A program made the position numbers and the translations under genes. From assembly GCF_005696695.1 (NCBI RefSeq), contig NZ_CP040006.1, positions 810,001 to 842,000 on the forward strand: a DNA stretch of 32,000 nucleotides. The letters are read 5' to 3'. Below are positions 1-9,498 of this stretch, one piece after another. How positions within the stretch are numbered: position 1 is the stretch's first letter; each line of letters begins with the position of its first letter. The notes below the pieces were generated by a model. The model was not told the origin of the DNA. It saw nothing but the letters and a program-made list of their open reading frames with translations, and ran no database searches. The stretch comes from Schaalia odontolytica. GTDB taxonomy: Bacteria > Actinomycetota > Actinomycetes > Actinomycetales > Actinomycetaceae.

Positions 1-278
1 TCGCCCTGAAGGCTCGTCTTGTTCGTGCGATATGTCGTAACGACAGTCTGTAACTCTTCAACCAGCGCGATGTGAGTGTTGATCTGGCTTTCAATCTTCT
101 GCAGATTGGCGAGGAGCGCGTCGGCGCTCTGGCCCTGCATCGTCTGTGTAATGAGCTCTTTTGCGTGCGCAATATCGTCCAACTTCGCCTGATCCTCGCG
201 AAGTACCAAATCGCACCTGGCAATCGTGTCCGTGAAGCTGGACAAATCGAGTGCGTAGAGTTCCGTTTTCGTTACCAC
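1..278 (-). CDS. Partial CDS (first ~92 codons; continues past window start): helical LXG-like / WXG100-superfamily N-terminal domain, candidate type VII secretion polymorphic toxin
   Basis: Absent from the ORF track because it is open at the window edge. My minus-strand translation from GTG (rc of 276-278) gives VTKTELYALDLSSFTDTIARCDLVLREDQAKLDDIAHAKELITQTMQGQSADALLANLQKIESQINTHIALVEELQTVVTTYRTNKTSLQG, with no stop down to nt 1. The GTG overlaps the upstream stop (GTGGTAA) and GGGGGA lies 6 nt upstream. An M-Q-G followed by an Ala-containing helix near residue 47 sits where an LxG motif would. The family call is by resemblance only. Confidence 0.45.
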   Translation of the reverse strand, partial: MVTKTELYALDLSSFTDTIARCDLVLREDQAKLDDIAHAKELITQTMQGQSADALLANLQKIESQINTHIALVEELQTVVTTYRTNKTSLQG

Positions 279-562
279 GAAATGTCCCCCTTCAGGACGG
301 AGGCAATCGAGTCGGAGATGTCGCGTTCCATGGCTTCGAAGGAATGGAGCGTCTTGAGCATGTTTGCGCGGGTCTTCTTCATCGCTTTCTGGATGCTCTT
401 TTGTTCCTCATTGATGACCTGGATAGGCTCGCTGATCCGCTGTGCGTAGATGCGGCTGCACGGATCTCCCGCGGGGGGCGTGACCTCTGTGGTGGATGAT
501 GACCCGTCGAGGTACTGAGCCGCCGTGCGTAAGGCGTCGCTCGAAAAACTCAAGTCCGGCAC
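272..562 (-). CDS. Small (96 aa) alpha-helical protein; candidate LXG-associated helper (Lap / DUF3130-TIGR04197-like), otherwise hypothetical
   Basis: GTG start at 562 preceded by AAGGAG with 6-nt spacing. The stop overlaps the start of the downstream gene. Composition is helical and heptad-like, with no WxG motif. GC is about 50-55%, against about 70% in the neighbours. Confidence 0.5.
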   Translation of the reverse strand: MPDLSFSSDALRTAAQYLDGSSSTTEVTPPAGDPCSRIYAQRISEPIQVINEEQKSIQKAMKKTRANMLKTLHSFEAMERDISDSIASVLKGDISW

Positions 563-604
563 TGTCGTCTCCTTTGTCCGTACTTCTGTTAGGAGCCTAC
601 AAGG

Positions 605-643
605 GGGAGGTCCCGGGAAGCAACTTGCTTCCCGGGACCTCCC
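605..643 (-). terminator. Perfect 18-bp stem / 3-nt loop hairpin downstream of lctP
   Basis: GGGAGGTCCCGGGAAGCA-act-TGCTTCCCGGGACCTCCC, located 19 nt after the lctP stop on the minus strand. There is no U-tract. Confidence 0.65.
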
Positions 644-661
644 GAGCCCATCCGCCGGCGA

Positions 662-2323
662 TCAGTGCGGCATGTAGGCGCCGAGCCAGCCCTGGGATGC
701 GATGAACACCAGGGTGCACAGCACGAGGAGCAGGCCGATCGAGTAGGGGGCGGCCTTCTTGAGGATTTCCGCGTCGGAGCCCTTCGAATCCACCGCGGTC
801 GCGGCGATCGCGAGGTTCTGCGGGGAAACGATCTTGCCGATACCGCCGCCGATTGTGTTGGCGGCCAGCAGGATCGACGGGTCGAGGCCCGCGCCGGCTG
901 CGGCGGTCGACTGCAGGTTTGCGAAGAGCGCGCCCGCCGAGGTCGCGGAGCCTGCGACGGCCGTGCCGATCCAGCCCAGGATGGGGGAGAGGAACGCGAA
1001 GGCCGCGCCCGTCGTCGCCAGCGCGGCGCCGATCGAGGTGGTCTGGCCGGAGAAGTTCATGACGAAGGCGAGGGCCATGACGGAGGCGATCGTCAGGATG
1101 GCCATGCGCAGCGAGTAGATGGTGCGCGGCAGGACCGCGAACATCTCACCCACGGAGGTCTGGAAGCGTCCGTTCGAGGAGTTCGTGCCGTAGACGATGG
1201 CGACGATGATGCCGGTGACGAAGATCCAGGTGCCGGGGTTGGACAGGATCTGCAGGTTGTAGTTGGCGGCGGTCGAGGGGGAACCGTCGGCGGTCAGCAG
1301 GTTGCCGTAGATGCCGGGCCACGGGATCTTCACGTCTGTCGAGGAGAAGAAGGCAGCGACCGGCTTGGCCAGCTTCGTGATCGCGATGATGACGACGACG
1401 AGGACGTAGGGCAGCAGGGCCAGGCCGATGCGCGAGCCGGTGGGCTTGTCGGCCTCGTCGGCCTCGGTTGCGCACTCCGCAGGGGTCGTCGGGCCCCAGA
1501 CCAGCAGGAAGACGTAGCAGGCCGCGAAGCCCAGGAGTGAGGCGACGACGGCGGTTAGCTCGTAGGAGACCGATGGGGTGAAGAAGTGGCCCGCACCGGC
1601 AGCAAGGCCGGCAACGAGGGCGAGGGGCCAGAGCTGGCGCACGCCGCGGCTACCGTCGAGGATGAACAGCATTAGGACCGGGATGAACAGACAGAAGATC
1701 CAGGTCAGGTGGCCCATGTCGCCGGCGACGACAACGGGCTCTGCGCCGCCGAGCTTACCCGCGGTGGTCGTGGGGATCGCCATGGCACCAAAGCCCACGT
1801 TGATGGCGTTGCCGACGACGGTGACGACAGCAGCCTTGATCTTCGGGACGCCGAGGGTCACTAGCATGGCGCAGGTGATGGCCACGGGGGCGCCGAAGCC
1901 GGCCAGGCCCTCGAGCAGGCCGCAGAAGCACCAAGCGACGATGAGGGCCTGGGCGCGCTGGTCGCCGCGGCCGATCGTATTAAAGACGGCCTTCAGGTCA
2001 GAGCTGCGGCCCGACTTCTCGGTGAGGTTGTAGAGCCACACGGCCGCGATGATGATGTAGATGATCGGCATGAAGCCCATCGCGGCGCCCTGCGTGCCGG
2101 ACAGGAGCGCCATACCGACGGGCATCTTGAAGGCGAACACCGCGATGCCCAGGGACAGCACGAGGGAAATGAGCGAGCACCAGTGGGTGGCGACCTTGAA
2201 GACGCCCATGAGGACGAAGAAGACGACGAGCGGAAGGAGCCCGACGACGGCTGTCAGGAAGACATTCCCCGCGACTGCCGTCGTCGACGGGGTAAAGGAT
2301 TGGGCTAACAAGAGAGAAGTCAT
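662..2323 (-). CDS. lctP: L-lactate permease (LctP family)
   Basis: Polytopic membrane protein of about 553 aa with LctP-like sequence throughout. I trimmed the start to ATG 2323 (MTSLLLAQ...), which has GGAG 5 nt upstream. The 13-codon track extension lacks an RBS. Confidence 0.88.
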   Translation of the reverse strand: MTSLLLAQSFTPSTTAVAGNVFLTAVVGLLPLVVFFVLMGVFKVATHWCSLISLVLSLGIAVFAFKMPVGMALLSGTQGAAMGFMPIIYIIIAAVWLYNLTEKSGRSSDLKAVFNTIGRGDQRAQALIVAWCFCGLLEGLAGFGAPVAITCAMLVTLGVPKIKAAVVTVVGNAINVGFGAMAIPTTTAGKLGGAEPVVVAGDMGHLTWIFCLFIPVLMLFILDGSRGVRQLWPLALVAGLAAGAGHFFTPSVSYELTAVVASLLGFAACYVFLLVWGPTTPAECATEADEADKPTGSRIGLALLPYVLVVVIIAITKLAKPVAAFFSSTDVKIPWPGIYGNLLTADGSPSTAANYNLQILSNPGTWIFVTGIIVAIVYGTNSSNGRFQTSVGEMFAVLPRTIYSLRMAILTIASVMALAFVMNFSGQTTSIGAALATTGAAFAFLSPILGWIGTAVAGSATSAGALFANLQSTAAAGAGLDPSILLAANTIGGGIGKIVSPQNLAIAATAVDSKGSDAEILKKAAPYSIGLLLVLCTLVFIASQGWLGAYMPH

Positions 2324-2385
2324 GGCTGCTCCGCGCGTCAGTGTGTGGGACATTGGACCCAATTATCATGACATATGAACGCTGA

Positions 2386-4260
<1,875 letters not shown>

Positions 4261-4280
4261 GCGCTCGCAGACAGATAAGG

Positions 4281-4322
4281 CGAACCCCGGCCTCGTTGAT
4301 GGAGAAACGAGGCCGGGGTTCG
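4281..4322. terminator. Bidirectional hairpin between convergent leuA and TetR gene; conserved-hairpin family copy A
   Basis: CGAACCCCGGCCTCGTT-gatggaga-AACGAGGCCGGGGTTCG: perfect 17-bp stem, 8-nt loop. Confidence 0.75.
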
Positions 4323-4330
4323 TCGTGTCA

Positions 4331-4915
4331 TCAGGTGCGCTGGGCGGCCGGGATCGGGTTGGCCGCCAGGGCCTCAAGGGATCGGCGCACCTGGCCGTCG
4401 AGGACGCGGGCGATGCGCTCGGTGAGGATGTAGGGGTCGGTGCTCATGCCGGTTGCGAGCCACTGAGAGGTGTGGCCGAGAATGGCGAGGGTGAAGTGGT
4501 CGGTGACGAACACTCGATCGTCTTCGGTGACCTGCAGATCGATGCTGTGCTGATCGACGATGGGTTCCATGACGGCTCGCAGCTGCTTGTGGAGGAAAAT
4601 CTGCAGGTCCTCCATGCCGATGGAGGAGACGACGGAACGGGTCTCTTCGGGGTGGTTTTGCATCCACACGAACATGGCGAGCAGGCCATCGGACCAGTCA
4701 TCGTAGGTGGTGTTGGCGATGATCTGGTCGGCGACCTCGCGCTTGAAGACCCACACGGTGAGGTCGCGGATGTCAGAGAAGTGGTAGTAGAAGGCCTGGC
4801 GTGTCACGCCGGCGGTGCGCGTGATTCCGGAAACCGTCACCTTCGACAGTGGGACGGTCGTGAGGGCCTCGCGCAGGGCGCGTGCGAGCCGCTCTTTCGC
4901 ATCGGGGTGGGGCAT
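4331..4915 (-). CDS. TetR/AcrR-family transcriptional regulator (paralog 1)
   Basis: N-terminal HTH LSKVTVSGITRTAGVTRQAFYYHF. GAGGA RBS upstream of ATG 4915. 194 aa. Confidence 0.85.
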   Translation of the reverse strand: MPHPDAKERLARALREALTTVPLSKVTVSGITRTAGVTRQAFYYHFSDIRDLTVWVFKREVADQIIANTTYDDWSDGLLAMFVWMQNHPEETRSVVSSIGMEDLQIFLHKQLRAVMEPIVDQHSIDLQVTEDDRVFVTDHFTLAILGHTSQWLATGMSTDPYILTERIARVLDGQVRRSLEALAANPIPAAQRT

Positions 4916-4990
4916 CAGTGATCCTCGGCGACAAGAAACGATGAGGTTACGTGCGAACTATACATGCAAATTCGCGGAGCTGCCTACTGC

Positions 4991-5002
4991 CTGTCTAGAC
5001 AG
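4991..5002. promoter_or_regulatory. Perfect 12-bp palindrome CTGTCTAGACAG upstream of TetR paralog 1 (candidate operator)
   Basis: The sequence is self-complementary and lies 76 nt upstream of the TetR start. The CTGTC/GACAG half-sites recur upstream of paralog 2. Confidence 0.35.
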
Positions 5003-5077
5003 AACTGACCAATCGTACAGCGAGGCCCAGGTCATGCGTCTAGGGATTGGTTGTCACGATTGTGTTGCGGATATGCG

Positions 5078-5115
5078 TCAGGCCCCGGTCTCGTTGGAAC
5101 GAGGCCGGGGCCTGA
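5078..5115 (-). terminator. Hairpin downstream of TetR paralog 2; conserved-hairpin family copy B
   Basis: TCAGGCCCCGGTCTCGTT-gg-AACGAGGCCGGGGCCTGA. One position becomes a G-U pair. Confidence 0.65.
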
Positions 5116-5159
5116 CGTGAGCTGTGTCTGCCCTCGTGCGGTTGGTGGGAATTACCGCA

Positions 5160-5699
5160 TTACTTGGCGAGACGACCCAGCGCCGGGGTGGTCTGGTCGG
5201 TCATGAGCACTCGCATGCGCGCAATCGCGAGCGAGGGGTTGACCTCCAGGCCGGAGAGCATCCACTGAGCCATGTGGGCGGTGGTCGCCAGAGCGAAGTG
5301 CTGAGCGACGACGTCGCGCGCCGTGGCCGAGGCGGAGCCGGGGAGGCGGGACTCGATGAGTTCCTGAATGTGGGAGGCCAGGAACGCCCACAGGTCGTTC
5401 GCCTCGATGGTCTTCATGGCGGCGGCGGTCTCGTCGCGATGGGCGTGCATCCACGTCATGGTCGCTTCGATGGCGTCGAGCCATTCTCCCGAACTGGTGG
5501 TCAGGTGCGCTGTGACTTCCTCGCGGAAAACCCAGGCATTGAGGTCGTTGAGGGAGTTGAAGTGGTAGTAGAACGCTTGACGGGTGACCCCGGCGGAGCG
5601 TGTCAGTGCGCTGACAGAGATCTTTGACAGCGGGGTCTGCGTCAGGGCCTGGCGCAGTGCGGTGCCAAGCTTTTCGCGGGCATCAATCGGCGGAGCCAT
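5160..5699 (-). CDS. TetR/AcrR-family transcriptional regulator (paralog 2)
   Basis: HTH LSKISVSALTRSAGVTRQAFYYHF is nearly identical to paralog 1. I trimmed the start to ATG 5699, preceded by GAAGGAAGGAAACA. The 54-codon track extension looks non-coding. Confidence 0.85.
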   Translation of the reverse strand: MAPPIDAREKLGTALRQALTQTPLSKISVSALTRSAGVTRQAFYYHFNSLNDLNAWVFREEVTAHLTTSSGEWLDAIEATMTWMHAHRDETAAAMKTIEANDLWAFLASHIQELIESRLPGSASATARDVVAQHFALATTAHMAQWMLSGLEVNPSLAIARMRVLMTDQTTPALGRLAK

Positions 5700-5938
5700 T
5701 TGTTTCCTTCCTTCGACGGTTATGGGTAAACCATATCCAGTTACGAAGAAACTATCTACTCGAAAACCATTTGCCGGCTGTGTAACCGACCACGCTGTCA
5801 GTTTCTCATACATTGTTGACAGTGCACGCGGGGGCGCTTGTCGATCGATGTGACAGCGCACTTCACAACAGATTTCGCGCCCTGCGATGCGGGCCGGGCC
5901 TCCTCTCCCAAGTCCCGCGGTCGTGACACAATGTTCGT

Positions 5939-6679
5939 GTGATGAAGTCCTATCGAGACGAGGCGATCGTCCTGCGCACCCACAAGCTGGGCGAAGCGGA
6001 TCGCATCATCACGCTTCTCACCGCCGAGCATGGGCAGGTGCGCGCCGTCGCCAAGGGAGTGCGCAAGACGACCTCAAAGTTCGGCGCGCGCGTCGAACCC
6101 TTCTCCGTCATTGATGCCCAGCTCCATCGAGGCCGCACTCTCGACACTCTCACCCAGGTCGCCTCAATCGCCCAATACGGCGACGCCATCGCCGCCAACT
6201 ATGACCTCTACCTTGCGGCCACCGTCGTCGTCGAAACCGCCGAGCGCCTCACCACGGACGCTCACGACGGCACCCACTCCCAATACCTGCTCCTCCTGGG
6301 GGCGCTTAACGCCCTGGCGCGAGGCCGTCACGACCCGACCCTCATTCGCACGTCCTACACGCTGCGCGCCCTCGCTCTCGCCGGATGGGCGCCCTCCTGC
6401 TTCGACTGCGCCGTGTGCGGCACCCAGGGGCCGCACACCTCGTTCTCGATCCCCGACGGTGGAACCGTCTGCGATACCTGCCGACCGCCCGGCGCCTCCT
6501 CGCCCGCACCCGACACGGTGGCCCTCCTCGGTCAGCTGCTCAGTGGCGACTGGGAGCGGGCCGACCGGTGCGAACCCTACGCGCGCACCGAGGCCTCGGG
6601 CCTCATCTCCTCGTACACTCAATGGCATCTGGAACGTCGCCTGCGCTCGCTGAGCGTCATCGATAGGAGTCACCCATGA
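5939..6679 (+). CDS. recO: DNA repair protein RecO
   Basis: YRDEAIVLRTHKLGEADRIITLLT..GxVRAVAKGVRKTxSKFGARVEPF plus a Cys-rich zinc motif (CxxC...CxxC). The start is GTG 5939 or ATG 5942. There is no SD; CACAAT ends 6 nt upstream of 5939. Confidence 0.92.
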   Translation: MMKSYRDEAIVLRTHKLGEADRIITLLTAEHGQVRAVAKGVRKTTSKFGARVEPFSVIDAQLHRGRTLDTLTQVASIAQYGDAIAANYDLYLAATVVVETAERLTTDAHDGTHSQYLLLLGALNALARGRHDPTLIRTSYTLRALALAGWAPSCFDCAVCGTQGPHTSFSIPDGGTVCDTCRPPGASSPAPDTVALLGQLLSGDWERADRCEPYARTEASGLISSYTQWHLERRLRSLSVIDRSHP

Positions 6680-7500
6680 CGGACCTGCGACCCACCCCCA
6701 TGGACCGCGCACCGAACGACCCCACCGCGCCGCTGCTCGGCCCCGGCCAGTGGCACTGCGAGGCGCCCGTCTTCCGTAAGGGTGAGGTGCCCGCGCACGT
6801 CGCGCTCATCATGGACGGAAACGGGCGCTGGGCCAATAGCCGAGGCCTGGCGCGCACCGAGGGACATCGGGCGGGGGAGTACGCGCTCATGGACACGATC
6901 GCCGGTGCGATCGACGCGGGTGTGCGCTACCTGAGCGTCTACACGTTCTCCACCGAAAACTGGAAACGTTCGCCCGCCGAGGTCTCTTTCATCATGAACT
7001 ACGCCTCCGACGTGCTCGCGCGGCGCACCGACCAGCTCGCCCAGTGGGGTGTGCACGTGCGGTGGAGTGGGCGCCGGCCCAAGCTGTGGAAGAGCGTCAT
7101 CAACGCGCTGGAGAAGGCTGATCGGGCGACCTCACACTGCAAGACTCTCGACCTGATCATGTGCGTGAACTACGGTGGTCGAGCCGAGCTGGCGGACGCC
7201 GCGCGCTCCATCGCCGAGGACGTCGTGGCGGGGCGTCTGAGCCCGCGCGGTGTCACCGAAAAGACGCTCTCGCGCCACCTCTACCTGCCTGACGTGCCCG
7301 ACGTCGACCTCATGATCCGTACGTCGGGGGAGCAGCGCCTGTCCAACTACCTGCTGTGGCAGATGGCGTATGCGGAAATGATGTTCGTCGACACCCCCTG
7401 GCCCGCGTTCGACCGCGAGGAGCTGTGGGGGTGCCTGGAGGAGTTCGCGGGACGCGATCGCCGTTTCGGCGGTGCGGTCGACCGTGTCGCGCAGTCCTAG
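6676..7500 (+). CDS. uppS: Isoprenyl transferase / undecaprenyl-diphosphate synthase
   Basis: HVALIMDGNGRWA, FSTENWKR and RTSGEQRLSN(Y)LLWQ motifs. ATGA overlap with the recO stop. Confidence 0.93.
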   Translation: MTDLRPTPMDRAPNDPTAPLLGPGQWHCEAPVFRKGEVPAHVALIMDGNGRWANSRGLARTEGHRAGEYALMDTIAGAIDAGVRYLSVYTFSTENWKRSPAEVSFIMNYASDVLARRTDQLAQWGVHVRWSGRRPKLWKSVINALEKADRATSHCKTLDLIMCVNYGGRAELADAARSIAEDVVAGRLSPRGVTEKTLSRHLYLPDVPDVDLMIRTSGEQRLSNYLLWQMAYAEMMFVDTPWPAFDREELWGCLEEFAGRDRRFGGAVDRVAQS

Positions 7501-8039
7501 GCGTTGTCTGTAGCCAGCGCCGCGTCGACCGCGCGGCGCTTACGGCGGCCCCACGCGATCTTCGCGGCGATCAGCGCGATGATGAGGGCGAGGCCCGCCC
7601 AGCCCCAGGGGGAACCGGCAACCGCACGGATCGCCGTAGCGAAGACCGCGAGCGTGCCGAGGCCGTACAGCAACGCCCAGAGGACACAGCCCGGGATCAT
7701 CGCGATCGTGTAGGTGCTCCAGCGCATGCGCACGAGGCCCGCGCCCGCGTTGATTGCCGTCTGGATGCCCACCGTCAGGAAGCACAGGGGAATGGCGATG
7801 ATGCCCCACTTGTCCAGCATGGCCGCGCCCTTGCGGGGAACCGGGCCGTCGAACCAGCGGGCCATGGTGCCCAGGAAGCCCTGTCGTCCTGTTGCCAGGA
7901 CTGCGCCGGAGGCGGCGCCGCGAGCCAGCCAGTAGGTCGCCTGCGCGCGGAAGAAAACGACCACAAACAGGAAGACGAAGAGCCAGATACCTTCGCGTGC
8001 AAACGCAGGGACCATGGAGTCGATTCCGGCGGCGAACAT
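7497..8039 (-). CDS. DedA/VTT-domain family membrane protein
   Basis: 180-aa multi-TM protein with DedA-like sequence. GGGAG RBS upstream of ATG 8039. Its stop overlaps the uppS stop on the other strand. Confidence 0.7.
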   Translation of the reverse strand: MFAAGIDSMVPAFAREGIWLFVFLFVVVFFRAQATYWLARGAASGAVLATGRQGFLGTMARWFDGPVPRKGAAMLDKWGIIAIPLCFLTVGIQTAINAGAGLVRMRWSTYTIAMIPGCVLWALLYGLGTLAVFATAIRAVAGSPWGWAGLALIIALIAAKIAWGRRKRRAVDAALATDNA

Positions 8040-8090
8040 GACACTCCCAGACTGAGGCTAACCAAACGAAGCCTATCCTAACCTACGCAA

Positions 8091-8126
8091 GAGGCCTGGG
8101 AAAGCGTCGTCCGCTTCCCAGGCCTC
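8091..8126 (-). terminator. Hairpin downstream of zur
   Basis: GAGGCCTGGGAAAGCG-tcgtc-CGCTTCCCAGGCCTC with one bulged A, located 27 nt after the zur stop. Confidence 0.6.
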
Positions 8127-8152
8127 GTCGTGACTGATGCAGCCTCAGTAGG

Positions 8153-8542
8153 TCACTTCTTCGACTGGCACGAGCTGCATACCCCGAAGAGCTCCAGGGA
8201 ATGCTCGACATCTCCAAAACCGTGCGCCGCTGCGACCGAATCCACCCACGACTCGATCTGCGACTGCTCGATCTCCTCGGTGAAACCGCACTTGCGGCAC
8301 ACCAGGTGATGATGGTGGTGGTGCGTCGTGCACGAGCGGTACAGGGCCTCGCCGTCGGAGGAGCGCAGCGTGTCGACGCGGCCGTCATCCGCGAGGCTCT
8401 GGAGCGAGCGGTACACGGTTGCCAGGCCCACGCGCTGCCCCTGGACGTGCAGGTCCTCAAAGATCTGCTGGGCGCTGCGGAAGTCGCTGACACGGGTCAG
8501 CTCATCGAGGACCGCCTGACGCTGCTTCGTCATGCGCTGCAT
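8153..8542 (-). CDS. zur: Fur-family zinc uptake regulator (Zur)
   Basis: Fur-family fold motifs (TKQRQAVL, ATVYRSL, HHHHHHLVCRKCG, CSSC). It is the last gene of the znuACB operon. I trimmed the start to ATG 8542, preceded by GAGGAAGGG. Confidence 0.85.
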   Translation of the reverse strand: MQRMTKQRQAVLDELTRVSDFRSAQQIFEDLHVQGQRVGLATVYRSLQSLADDGRVDTLRSSDGEALYRSCTTHHHHHHLVCRKCGFTEEIEQSQIESWVDSVAAAHGFGDVEHSLELFGVCSSCQSKK

Positions 8543-8555
8543 GGTGTTCCCTTCC

Positions 8556-9485
8556 TCATGATGCGTCTGCGTGAGCGAGGTGTTCGCGCTCCGGATGCTG
8601 GTTGAGACCGCGGGCTGCGCGAAGCCTGCGCACCCTGCGGATACGGTCCACAATAGCCCGGATCGTAAATCCAATCGCGTACAGGCAGATTGCGCCGACA
8701 ACGATGGTCGCGCCGGGCGACAGGTCAACGAAGTACGTCAGCGACAGGCCGCACGTGCAGATGATGACCCCGAGAGCCATCGCGATGCCCATCGTGGAGC
8801 GGAAGGAGCGTGCTCCGAGCTGTGCGATTGCCACGGGGATGACCATCAGTGCGCTGACTAGCAGCGAGCCGACGACCCGCATCGCGACGGCCACGGTCAG
8901 TGCCGACAGGATCGCGATGAGCAGGGACAGCGTGCGTACGGGCAGCCCCGTCGAGCGTGCGAAGTCCTCGTCGTTGGTCACCGAGAAGAGCGCGGGGGCC
9001 AGGCCCACGCCGAGCGCCACGATTGCGACCCCGAGGAGCGTGATGAGCGTAATGTCGCTCCACCGCACGGTCGAGATCGAACCGAACAGATAGGAGTTCA
9101 GCTGGGCGGACGTGCCGCCTGCGAGGCCGATCAGGAGGACGCCGCCGGCGATGCCCCCGTAGAACAGCATGGCCAGGGCAGTGTCGCCGGATGTGCGACC
9201 GCTCTGGCGGACCAGCTCGATCGTGATTGCGCCGAGTAGGGAGATGATGACCGCGCCGGGGATCGCCCACGAGTCGGCGGGGCTCACGTTCGCGAACGTG
9301 CCCGCCAGCCACCCCAGCGCAACACCGGTCAGAGAGATGTGGCCGATGCCGTCGCCGAGCATGGCGAGGCGCCGATGGACCAGGTAGGTGCCGATGATCG
9401 GGGCGGTGAGGCCGACGATCAAGGCGGCGAGCAGCGAACGCTGCATCATCGGTGAGGACAGGAGGGTCGTCAGTGCGTCAATCAT
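8556..9485 (-). CDS. znuB: Zinc ABC transporter permease (ABC-3 family)
   Basis: Polytopic ABC-3 (ZnuB/MntB-type) permease sequence in operon context. Confidence 0.85.
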   Translation of the reverse strand: MIDALTTLLSSPMMQRSLLAALIVGLTAPIIGTYLVHRRLAMLGDGIGHISLTGVALGWLAGTFANVSPADSWAIPGAVIISLLGAITIELVRQSGRTSGDTALAMLFYGGIAGGVLLIGLAGGTSAQLNSYLFGSISTVRWSDITLITLLGVAIVALGVGLAPALFSVTNDEDFARSTGLPVRTLSLLIAILSALTVAVAMRVVGSLLVSALMVIPVAIAQLGARSFRSTMGIAMALGVIICTCGLSLTYFVDLSPGATIVVGAICLYAIGFTIRAIVDRIRRVRRLRAARGLNQHPEREHLAHADAS

Positions 9486-9498
9486 GCGTTGCTCCCGT

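Noticed and set aside
72-449. 125-aa plus-strand ORF (and 251-499 +) overlapping the left-edge module.
   Set aside because: There is no RBS, and the product is hydrophobic and Cys-rich with no recognisable features. The minus strand carries two RBS-preceded, translationally coupled ORFs with coherent helical sequence.
4941-5120. 60-codon plus-strand ORF with four Cys (including CHDC) between the two TetR genes.
   Set aside because: It uses A/T-ending codons atypical for this genome, has no RBS, and reads straight through terminator hairpin B and the candidate TetR operator. It is more simply explained as intergenic sequence.
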